Assembly: GCA_021613535.1 (NCBI GenBank) | Contig: CP075497.1 | Location: 3,472,001-3,536,000, forward strand | Origin: Adineta vaga | Taxonomy: Eukaryota; Animalia; Rotifera | Reading direction: 5' to 3' | Length of the DNA: 64,000 nt | In this document: positions 1 to 10,996 of the stretch, one piece after another | Numbering within the stretch: the stretch's first letter is position 1 | Layout of the letters: every line of letters starts with the position of its first letter | Notes under the pieces: generated by a model | What the model was told of the DNA's origin: nothing | Databases searched by the model: none | The model's input: only the letters and a program-made list of their open reading frames with translations | Position numbers and translations under genes: made by a program

Positions 1-84
1 TCTCTAAAATAAAACATCCTTTTGACTTATTTTGTGTACAAACGTAATTATATTGCTTTTTGTTCTCTCCACTTATTTTTCTGT

Positions 85-1165
85 TTCGACAACAAATGAC
101 AACTTATTCAACCGATCATGCTCTTTCTCTCTTCACTTACTAACTATAGGAAAATAATAGTCAAAGAAAAAAACTTCTTTGTACTTCACATCATTTCTTA
201 TTCCCTTCACATCATCATTTATTTCATCAGCAGTTACTTCTCATTTCCCTTCGCTTCCTACCACTCATTCTCTCACTTATTCACGTCTCGGCATTCACCG
301 TACTCTTTCATCTTTATTCCATCATCAAAAACATTCTTTTCACCCCGATGCTATATTCACATCAAGATACAGGATCTCATCGCTCTTCATATTCATCTTC
401 ATACCAATATGAACCTCGATCAAATGTTCAACAACGACCATTACATTGGTGTATCATTCTTGTTTCACTTCTTTTCGTTTTTCTTCTTGTCATCGAATCA
501 GTTGCATTCGTTATTCTTGGTGCATGGCATCTCACAACTCGACATTTTCAAGACATGAACATCACATTTGCAAATCAAGTTCATCAACGTGAACTTACTT
601 TTGGTATTGTTCTTGTTTTGATTGGATCAATCGGTATTCTCATGAGTATTCTTGGTCTCATGGCTTTCTTCACTCTTCGATTGTTTTTGCTACGAGTTGT
701 GAGTAGAGTTGGGTGTGGGTGTGTGTATGAATGAATGTTTGTGAATTGTAGTTTGGAATATGCTTGTGGATAATGATGATCGCTGGAATTGCAATTGGTA
801 TCATTGGCATCATCTTTTCATGTATGCAAGATGAACTAAGAGGAATGTGATATATTTTGTTTGAATATTGTAGCACAAGTGAATGGATATATGCAACAGA
901 TGAGCAATACAAGTGTGAGTGATAGAAGTGTAAGTAGTGAATAGAACAATGATGATGTATTTGTTTGTTTTATAGTATGCAGAAGAAAAGTTTATGTTAG
1001 GAATGAACGGTGGTTTGGTAATGTTTATGAGTTTGATATTGGTAAGTTATTTGGATGGTGGAGAAGAGATGAAAGATTTGAAATAATTTATTTGATTTGT
1101 TAGATAATAGGAATAGTGATTGTTCGATGTATAACTGGAGATGTGAGTGTCTATGCAAGTGATCG
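85..1165 (+). repeat. ~1.1-kb direct duplication, copy A (partner at ~7684-8759)
   Basis: Near-identical sequence from ttcgacaac(a/g)a(a/g)tgacaacttattcaaccga through ...ctatgcaagtgatcg, covering upstream DNA, exons and most introns. Confidence 0.95.
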
Positions 1166-1184
1166 GAAATATGGTGGTACATAA
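348..1184 (+). CDS. Four-TM tetraspanin-like membrane protein, copy A (5 exons)
   Basis: ORF 348 plus manual splicing over four GT-AG introns gives 4 hydrophobic helices (WCIILVSLLFVFLLV..., FGIVLVLIGSIGILMSILGLMAFF, FGICLWIMMIAGIAIGIIGIIFS, LVMFMSLILIIGIVIV) and ends ...YASDRKYGGT* (TAA 1182-1184). No CCG motif. Confidence 0.75.
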
Positions 1185-1562
1185 AGAAAAATTCGTATGT
1201 TTATACACGAATAAAAGATAGAAGAGACAAAGTGTAAATACTATTTTTATGGTGAAATATGTTGTTTTGTATATAATAAAAAGTCTAAGGGAAAGACAAA
1301 TGTCTATGACATTAGTAAACCAAGTTACATCATTGTATTTGATGTATACTTGCATATGATAAGGATAAAAATAGATGTGTTGATTATTCAATATAATGTA
1401 CGAGATATTCATCTATAGTAAATGTCAAAGACGTCAACACCTGATGAAACATATAGAGAAGAATGATAACTAAATAAAAAAAGAAGTTTGCTCTTATGGG
1501 AAGTAATATTTTTCTATATAAGTGCACATCTATTTATGTTATACAGTTAGAAATCGAATAAT

Positions 1563-4395
1563 ATGGCTTTAGCATTACTCTTATTCTTATTGATTAGTTT
1601 AAATTTAATCGTTTTGAATGATTCTGCATCATCATTCACCATCATCATCATTTGATATAACATTAAATATTGATGGTATTAACAATCAATTTCGATTTGT
1701 AGAAGCATCGAAATTCACTGAAAATCAGCATATACCTGCAGTGATTATTCTTGATGATGAAAAAAATCCAACTATCTTAAATTCATCTTTTCCACCTTCT
1801 ATTCAAACGTTTCAATTAGATTCTGATGCAAATTCATTTGGTTTTGCTGGTGTAATCAATAATACAACTCCCGAACCAAATCTTTTATATGCTATGATTC
1901 AAACATCGAGTGGATCTGTTTATGATATTGTTCCATCGAAATCATCACAACAAACACGAACAAAACGATCTTTAGTTAATTCTTATATAATTCGAACGAA
2001 AAATTCTATTCTTGATCATGCATATGTAACTATTGAATGGAATAATCATCGTCAACGACGTGAAGTCGCTGTTGATGTCGAAACGAGTACAATGGATTTC
2101 GAGACAGAACAAACTAGATTACCTGCTTCAGAAAGTTTCGGTTCATCAACACTTCCTTCTGTATCAATGCCTGATACAATTGAAAATATAACAATACCTT
2201 CAGCTGAAAATGATACCGAATTATTTATAAATATGACAATGGAAACAACAACACCACGACCCATTCCAGAAAAGTCTCGTCATATATATTTAGAAATTAT
2301 AGCTGTTATTGATAGTTTAATAACTAATGATCTTCGAGCTTTATTAAATAAAACTGAATATGAAACAATTGAAATTCTTAAATTATACTATATTCATATA
2401 TTTATGGGTGTTGAACAACTTTATCGACAATCATTAATTTATGAAACACTTGATGTGCATATTCGTTTGAATAAAATTATTTTTGCTACTGATAAACATC
2501 GTCTTCCATGGGAATCATTTAAAAATATTACATCTTTGACTAAAATATATCGACAAACGCCAAATAATGTGCATTTACGACCAAATATTAGTATGAGTCT
2601 TCTGAAATCCTTACATCAAGCTTATAAAATCGATAAATTCGATAAACAATTCTTTACGAATGAAGCTGATCATATTATAACTTTTACTCGTTTAGATCTT
2701 ATCGATGGCGCTGGTTCTGCTTATGTCTTAGGTGCTTGTCTACCATTATATAAATATTCCATTGTTCAAGAAGATTTAAATTCATATTCAGTCATTATAA
2801 CAGTAACACATGAATTGGGACATAATTTAGGTTTAGATCATGATGAAATAGAAAATAATTGTAATGATCCACGTTTTCGATATATTATGTCACCGAAAAA
2901 TATGAATACAGCTGATCGTCGTCAATTACCAAACTTTTCCGAATGTTCTATTTCACAATTGAATCGTTTTGCTGATACAACAAGTACAACTTGTTGGAAA
3001 AATTCGATAATTAGTACAAGAAATGATACGAAACTCGAAAAAATACGAGAAATTATTTCCATGAATTTAGGCGGAATCATAAATGTTCATCAACAATGTC
3101 AATTACAATATGGTTTACGATCAGTTCCATTTATTTCTGTCACATATGCTAGTAAAAATCATTCATTATACGAAGAGAATCTTTGTAATCAATTACGATG
3201 TTTTAAAACACCAGAAGATGATTATATGTATTGGCAAGATGGTGCATTCGATGGTTCGGTTGATCATACTTCTTCTTCTCTTCGAAAAAAGTTTTCTTTT
3301 TTTCATTTGTAGGAACTCTATGTGGTGAAAATCAAGTATGTCATCAAAAACAATGCGTATCAACAAATCAAACAATGAAAGAAACCGATGTAGCTCTTTG
3401 TCCTTATGGAGATTTATTTGTACCAATACCTATGTTAAATCTACTCGATAGATATTCCTCGGGAAATATGTTATGTGCTGATGCATTAGATCTTCTTCGA
3501 ACACGTGGATTAAATATAACATATTTATGTTATGATTCAAGTTTGCCTTTTCGTCGACTTTGTTGTGAAGAATGTAAAAAGTAATGATCAAAAGTCAAAT
3601 CATTCTTTGAAAACTTCATTTCTCCTTTTTTTTCTTGTAGACATTCGATTCCTGAATGTGGTGATCTTCATACTCGATGTCCCATGTTTCAAAAGTATTG
3701 TGAAATGCAATATATGCGTATCAATGGAGTACCGATTACAGAATTATGTCCTTATACTTGTGGACAATGTCCCCATTTACCTCCACCACCGCCTCCACTC
3801 ACATCTACAACAACCGCAGAAACAACAGTAAGTTTCTTCGAAATGAAAATATATTGACGAAATAAAAATATTCATTTAGACCTTGAAAAAAGTATTGGCA
3901 ACAAAGAAAACTACAACTACAAAAAAGCCGAAATTAACGACACCAAAACCCCGAAAATATGTGAAACAAGAAAAGTTCGACAAATTTTCCTGTATTGATT
4001 CGGCTGATTGTTCTGAACTTGTCAAAGTTTATTCAAAATTAAAAAAGAATGTTAAAAATTGGTGTTCCGAACATTCAACTATGGTTCATGGTAAATACTT
4101 CGCTGAAGTATGTCCAAAATATTGTTCATTATGTAACATCACATCGGAATGTGAAGAATATAAATTATGTCGAAATAATGGTACATGTATTAAAAATGAA
4201 CATGGAACATATCAATGTTTATGTAAAGCATCGAAATTTTATTATGGAACATTATGTGAATATCGTCGAACATGTTTAGATAATCCATGTTCTTCCAAAA
4301 CTGAATATTGTTTTCAAACACAAGGTGAAAATTATGTTTGTTTATCAAAAGAAGATAAAGATCAAATGCGTATAATTTTAAATAAGAAAAAATAG
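1563..4395 (+). CDS. ADAMTS-like/reprolysin (M12B) zinc metalloprotease with Cys-rich, PLAC-like, two ShK-like and EGF modules
   Basis: HELGHNLGLDHD zinc motif (His codon 2809) and Met-turn YIMSP; furin sites RTKR and RQRR; QQCQLQYG...LCNQLRC...DGTLCGENQVC disintegrin-like region; CPYTCGQC and CPKYCSLC ShK-like ends; CRNNGTC...YQCLC...YYGTLCE EGF. Introns at about 3254-3312, 3581-3640 and 3828-3879. The signal-peptide ATG at 1563 is out of frame with ORF 1618 (see findings). Confidence 0.88.
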
Positions 4396-4464
4396 TTTTT
4401 CTCTCTCGTTTTTTTTCAAGAATATTTTGTTCAAGTTTTGTTTTTTCTTGGAAAAGGAAAGAAT

Positions 4465-6208
4465 TTATACAAGAAGAAATAAAAATTGAAATAAAACACA
4501 TGGAATTATATAGATTGATTCGATTATATGAGCAGAATTGTTTCCACGACGAGGATTTCGATAGGGTCCAATATTTGCACCAAAATAATCAGTACGAGGT
4601 ATTTTCCATTTTGGTGTTATATTTTTTGTACGATTTCTTGCTGCTGTTGTTGTATTCAATGGTGGCGTAGTTAATGGTACACATGAAACAGTATAATTCG
4701 ATGTTAATTCTTTAACAAGAGAAACAATAGGAAATTTTCCGTGATTACATAATTGACCAGCACTATCATCAAAATTGACAGGATAGATTACAATACCACC
4801 TAGACGTTGTTCTTTTGCATAATTGACCTATTGACAGAGAAGTAAAAATCAAGTTCAATTTTGAAAAAATTGTTTTTTTTCTATTTACTTTAAGTTCCAT
4901 ACTTTGTAAATCATCATAACCAATGACTTCGTCGCCTAGGAAAGGAAAAGATATCGTTCATTGAAAGAAAATGATCGTTCAGAAAATAAAAGATAACCTT
5001 TAGTCATAATTGGTACTTTACGATCGTCAAGAAAAACTCGTTGCCAACCAGAATTCGTATTTCGACAAAGCTATAAAAATATCGATAGAAAAATAATCTT
5101 CTTATTCAATTTTCTATTACTTCTGTATAGGGAACACTGCCTACACTTGAAGCAGGACTACCAATATCATGTACATCACTAGTTAAACGAAATTTTTTTC
5201 CAAATGTTGGTAAACCAAGTGTTAATTTCGACGGTTCAATTCCAGTACCAACAATATATTTAATTGCTGAATCCTAATTGAAGAAAGAAAAGAAAACGAG
5301 CATAAATCATAAAATAAGAAAAGAAAAAAGTCGAACTTGATTCAAATCTTTTTCATCATCTGTAGCACCAACTGCTGGCATTAAAGCACTATGATGTTCA
5401 GCAATTTTATCACGTGAACCTCGATAATCATATGTTTGAACATTAAGCCAATCAGCACATCTATAATTCAATAGAAACAATGAAATTGATGGGGAATCTG
5501 AGAGCTTACTTTGCAAGTTCATCTAATTCAAAACGTGATTCAAGTTGTTTTTTCACTCCAGAAATAGTTATTGTAAGTAATAAACGTGTTCGTCCTGTTC
5601 GACTGGCTTCTTCTGTATATTCTTCTTGGAGATCCTATTGAATATTCAATGAAATTTATCACTTTTAATCTGATCTCTATGAAAATCTTACTTTACAAAG
5701 TACAGTAAATCGTTTTTTATCTTCAATCAATGGTGGATTCGGTGATGAGGGTGGTCCTAATGCTTCACTTGGCTCAAAATTTAAATCAATTCCATCGAAT
5801 TCATGTGTTCGTAATAATTTCGTTGTTGAAATAACAAATTTTTGACGAGAATCATCTTTCGACATCATTTCATTTGCTCGTCGAATAGCATAATCTTGTC
5901 CGCCAACTGCTAACATAACTTTCAAATCTGGATCTTTATTATTCTTAAATTCTTTCAAAGGATTATTCCATACACCTAGAAAAAAGACAAATCATCTTTC
6001 TTCTCAATCAATTAATCAATATTTACTCACCAGTAAGTGTATTATCATCTTCAATTCGTGCGAATGTATAGACAATATGTGTACAGTTTTTTGCTTCAGG
6101 ATGAATGCCAGTCCAAGATGAAAAATAACAGATTATTTTAAATTCTCCTCCACAATCTGCATTTATCAATGAGAAAATTAAACTTAATAGAAACAATGTA
6201 AAATTCAT
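4465..6208 (-). CDS. GH18 chitinase-like protein with signal peptide and probable GPI-anchor signal
   Basis: Signal peptide MNFTLFLLSLIFSLINA; KIICYFSSW, CTHIVYTFA, KVMLAVGG, FDGIDLNFE, DWLNVQTYDY, KLTLGLPTFG, LGGIVIYPVNFDD; Thr/Pro stalk and C-terminal NNSA...IIPCVLFQFLFLLV*. Multi-exon. Confidence 0.92.
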
Positions 6209-7683
6209 TGTCGATACGTGGACAATGAATGATTATGTCCGAATGTAAGCAACAACGTCAATGCGAAAAAGAGGGTGAAAAAATATTTTCATCGAAAAAA
6301 CTTTGCATCCCACAAACAATGAATTACGTTACGATGATTTCGTATCCCGTTCATTAAATAAATATAGGCTCAAACGATTAGTTCGCTTCTTTCTTTTCTT
6401 CTTTTATCGGGACGATACAGCTACATGAATGTTACACTATTGACTAAGATTCATACAAAAGAATTTACTCGAATTCATAACATACTAGTTTGATTTTATT
6501 TGAATGATCAAGTCAAAAACAGTGAACAGAGATTTGAAAGAATATTGATGCGTTTCGTTTTGAACAATTATAATGACAGATGATTATTTTGATTGATATA
6601 AATGTAAAGTTAATCTTTTATTAAATAATATGTATAACGGTGTTTGGTTTTTTTCCAAACCAGTCTTGTTTTATATATTAACTTTTATTCATGTACTGAT
6701 TATAATAGAATTGTTTTGATGTTCTAAAACAGCTCATGTTATGACATCATGTTTTTCATCTCACACACAGTAGCTAATTCAGATGAAATGATCTTCTTTC
6801 TTAGGTTTCTCGAAGACACGAAATCAGAGTGAAAGAAAAAAAGGAAAAAAGAAACATCGACACATTCAAGAGATGGTATTAGGAAAGAAGACATCACGAG
6901 GATCGTTTACTCTTCGAATGGTAAAAGTCGTTCTATCGAATGCGAACATTGCTCATATAGTAAATATTCTTCCCTAAAGGTATATTTTTTCTCAAACAAT
7001 AAGTTCTTTAATATTTCAAATGCAAGGAAATATGCATGAATAATTCTTTAATCAACTATAAATAAATCATGATATTTAAAAGTACAATCTTATGATCTTT
7101 ATTCGTATGAAAGTATTTTCTACTATCAAAATATAAAACAAAAACTTCAAAATAAACTGAACCAATGATATTATTGATGTACATAGGAAGTAAAGTATGA
7201 TCGGACATGTAACAAGAATTTTCTGAAAATATCGTTTATTTATATCAGTTTATGAAAAGAACCAAAGTATATTTGACAGAGCAGAATTTGTTTTTTTGGT
7301 CTTTCAAAACATTATAACTATCTATGAGGAAATGGGTATAATTAAAGTTAAGCCTGTTCATTATTATGTCAACGGTGGTATTATTATCATTTGAACTTTC
7401 TATTAGACTTCAAAATCAAACTAGCTCCTTGTGAGATCATTGAGTACATAATTACAATTTGGCACAATAGAAAACCTGTACTTACATAGAACTATTTTCA
7501 GTCTTCTTTTTATTTTCATATATAAACATCATATTCTAGCGTTATGTCAAAGATTAGTGTTACTATTCAACAGAAAAACTCTTTCAAATACTTGATTTAC
7601 TAACGAATTCTGTTTCTTATTTCTCATTCAAACCATGTACACTTATATCTTCTATCCTATACTTCAACATAATTATCTCTCTT

Positions 7684-8759
7684 TTCGACAACAAGTGACA
7701 ACTTATTCAACCGACCTTGCTCTTCCTTTCTTCACTTACTAGACTAGAGGAAAATAATATTCAAGAAAAGAACTCCTCTATACATCACATCATCATCTAT
7801 TTCATCACTAGGTATTTCTCATTTCCCTTCGCTTTCTATCACTCATTCTCTCACTTATTTACGTCTCGGCATTCACCGTACTCATTCATCCTTATTCCAT
7901 CATCAATAACATTCTTTTAGCCGTCGATGTTATATCATCAACAATATATGGAATCCCGTCGTTATTCATATTCATCTTCATACCAATATGAACCTCGATC
8001 AAATGTTCAACAACGACCATTACATTGGTGTATCATTCTTGTTTCACTTCTTTTCGTTTTTCTTCTTGTCATCGAATCAGTTGCATTCGTTATTCTTGGT
8101 GCATGGCATCTCACAACTCGACATTTTCAAGACATGAACATGACATTTGCAAATCAAGTTCATCAACGTGAACTTACTTTTGGTATTGTTCTTGTTTTGA
8201 TTGGATCAATCGGTATTCTCATGAGTATTCTTGGTCTCATGGCTTTCTTCACTCTTCGATTGTTTTTGCTACGAGTTGTGAGTAGAGATGAAATGAGTGT
8301 GTGTGTATGTATATGTATGAATGAATGAAAATTTGTGTATTCTAGTTTGGAATATGCTTGTGGATAATGATGATCGTTGGAATTGCAATTGGTATCATTG
8401 GCATCATCTTTTCATGTATGCAAGATGAACTAAGATGAATGTGATATATTTTGTTTGAATATTGTAGCACAAGTGAATGGATACATGCAACAGATGAACA
8501 ATACAAGTGTGAGTGATGGAAGTGTAAGTAGTGAATAGAACAATGATGATGTATTTGTTTGTTTTATAGTATGCGGAAGAAAAGTTTATGTTAGGAATGA
8601 ACGGTGGTTTGGTAATGTTTATGAGTTTGATATTGGTAAGTTATTTGGATGGTGGAGAAGAGATGAAAGATTTGAAATAATTTATTTGATTTGTTAGATA
8701 ATAGGAATAGTGATTGTTCGATGTATAACTGGAGATGTGAGTGTCTATGCAAGTGATCG
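7684..8759 (+). repeat. ~1.1-kb direct duplication, copy B
   Basis: Matches 85-1165. Confidence 0.95.
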
Positions 8760-8781
8760 AATATATCATCGGTCACAATAA
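7927..8781 (+). CDS. Four-TM tetraspanin-like membrane protein, copy B
   Basis: Same exon structure as 348-1184 with a different N-terminus (MLYHQQYMESRRY) and C-terminus (...YASDRIYHRSQ*, TAA 8779-8781). Confidence 0.75.
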
Positions 8782-9291
8782 AATGGGAATAGAAGTTTTT
8801 CTGGCTATTAACAGCAACAGATCTGAAATAATTATAAGCTGTTATTTGATCATGATGTTCACGTGAATGTGTTTCATATTATTATCTAGATTAGAAACAA
8901 CTAAGACGATTTTTGCATCCTATATACATATAAGTTGTACGTGTAATAGAAATATTGTGTTGGATCATATGGGAAAAAATGAAGTTTCGTATTTCAACCC
9001 TATTGATATGCTCAATAATTTTATGTCGAAAATGTAAATATTTTGCATGCTTTGATATTCTTCATTAACTTATCTACCATCAATAAATTACCATTTGTAG
9101 CGTAACTTATTTATGTAAAATATATATATATATACAATAAACGTTGTTTCAGTTTTCTTTTTACATACATCTTTGTATATAACAATACAAATCAAAAGAA
9201 AAATGTTACATGACAAAAAAATAAAAACAATTTCTGAATTTAATCTATTTTATCCAACACATCTGCACGTATAAAATACAATTCTTTAATA

Positions 9292-9858
9292 TCATAATCT
9301 TGTTTCAATTTCTTCATTAACTCTATTGGATAATTCTGGAAGATCATCTCTTTGTTTTAAAAATTCAATCCATTGTTCCAATGAACACGTATGAAATAGA
9401 TCAGTTGCAAAACGATGATCATCACTTGGATTAATTACAACTAATTTTTCAATATTCATTGTACATCGTATATTGACTAATTTCGTTTTTGAATCACGTA
9501 TAAGATTACGTTCATCTTTCAATTCACGACGTGTACAAAAATTCGCAAAACCCCATGAAAAATTATTCGACGGAAATGCTCGTCGTTGAGTACATTTATT
9601 ATTAAATATAATTAGAGATTGTTTTGTTGTTGTAATCATCGATATTGTATACGATGTTATAGCACATGGTGCACCATCGGTTAATGTTAAATAAATGCCT
9701 AAATTTGTTGGATGAGATCGATCAATTTGTAAACGCCATGTACTATTACTCTTTTCCGAATAAAATAATGGACCATAAAGCCAATCATCTTTTAATAATT
9801 TCAATTGTTTGTAATCAAATAGACAATTAAATTCGAGAAATTCATTTATTGTCACCAT
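9292..9858 (-). CDS. Stand-alone MATH/TRAF-domain protein
   Basis: 188-aa uninterrupted ORF with the MATH pattern LYGPLF...TWRLQI...NLGIYLTL...SWGFANFCTRREL...LVNIRCTMNI. Confidence 0.8.
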   Translation of the reverse strand: MVTINEFLEFNCLFDYKQLKLLKDDWLYGPLFYSEKSNSTWRLQIDRSHPTNLGIYLTLTDGAPCAITSYTISMITTTKQSLIIFNNKCTQRRAFPSNNFSWGFANFCTRRELKDERNLIRDSKTKLVNIRCTMNIEKLVVINPSDDHRFATDLFHTCSLEQWIEFLKQRDDLPELSNRVNEEIETRL

Positions 9859-10996
9859 TGTTCAATGAGAAATAAATGCTTTTTGATCTGAACTAAAAAA
9901 TTTTAACAAAAGAATCAATAGATTTCTTCTTTTTTTTTGTATTGACAAAATATTTTTTCTATTAGAACGGATAAAATACTGTAACCTTGGATTTCTATTG
10001 AGATTCGATTATAACAAGCATACAAACTCAAGATTGTTTCGAGGCAATTTCATAATCAATATATTTACATTTACCTGTTTGGATAAATCACTGATGAAAT
10101 TCTGTTCTGGAATAGATTCCACAACTACCAACCAAATAAGAAACTTGAGTCAATATAGCTGAGAATCTTATTGGTAGCTATCACTATCAATGAAGGAGAA
10201 CCGAATAGAGAATGAGGAACGCACAGACATACATATACTCACAAACATAGAGCCCGATTTTTTTTTATTTGTACGATTTTATGTTATTATGACGCATGAA
10301 GAAGAAGAAGAAGAAGAAACAGAACAGAAATAAACAGAAACCTAATCAAATGCAAAGACAGTATGAGAAAATATGACTCATTAATACTCAGCAAATGCAT
10401 GATTTGAATTGTTTATAAGACATATTATGATACATAATTCTTATCTATCGATGATAGGAATATTTCAAATGATTGCCTGAGAATGTTAAACTTATCAGTA
10501 CATCTTTTCTTTTTATCGATAAACAATATGAGAAATCAAATGTCATTCATTCATTAATCGTATAGATTCACATGTAGAAACAAGATAAACTCGATCTTCC
10601 TTCCGTGATGCATATGATCGTCGAACGACAAGTTTTGTTTTTTTCTTTAATTAATAAAGATTTCTTTATTTTTCTCCTAATTTTTTTCAGCAAAAGAGAA
10701 AAAAACACATCAATCAATTAACTTTCCACAGAAAAATTAGTGATTGAAAAAATAATAGAAGAAAATACATATATGAATAGAAAAACAAAAAAAAAATGTT
10801 TCAGTGCGAATACAAGAAAGAATCGTCCACAGATGAGAATATCAACATTGTAGTTCATTTCAAGAATACAAAAAAACAAATTAAGATAAGAAAAGAAAAC
10901 CGCAACCATACATAGGTTTATATGTATATGTAGATAGAATCAATCCATCAATGTTTGACTAGTAAATTAAATGATAATAAAACTGAAGTTTCGAAG

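Noticed and set aside
118-558. ORFs 118..558, 179..412, 670..912, 997..1182, 1047..1412, 7717..7920, 8591..8776
   Set aside because: Alternate-frame or antisense shadows of the 4-TM gene and its pyrimidine-rich UTR; no protein features.
6815-6920. AG/GT-bounded purine-rich open segment (SKTRNQSERKKGKKKHRHIQ...)
   Set aside because: No start or partner exons found; could be a chance low-complexity reading.
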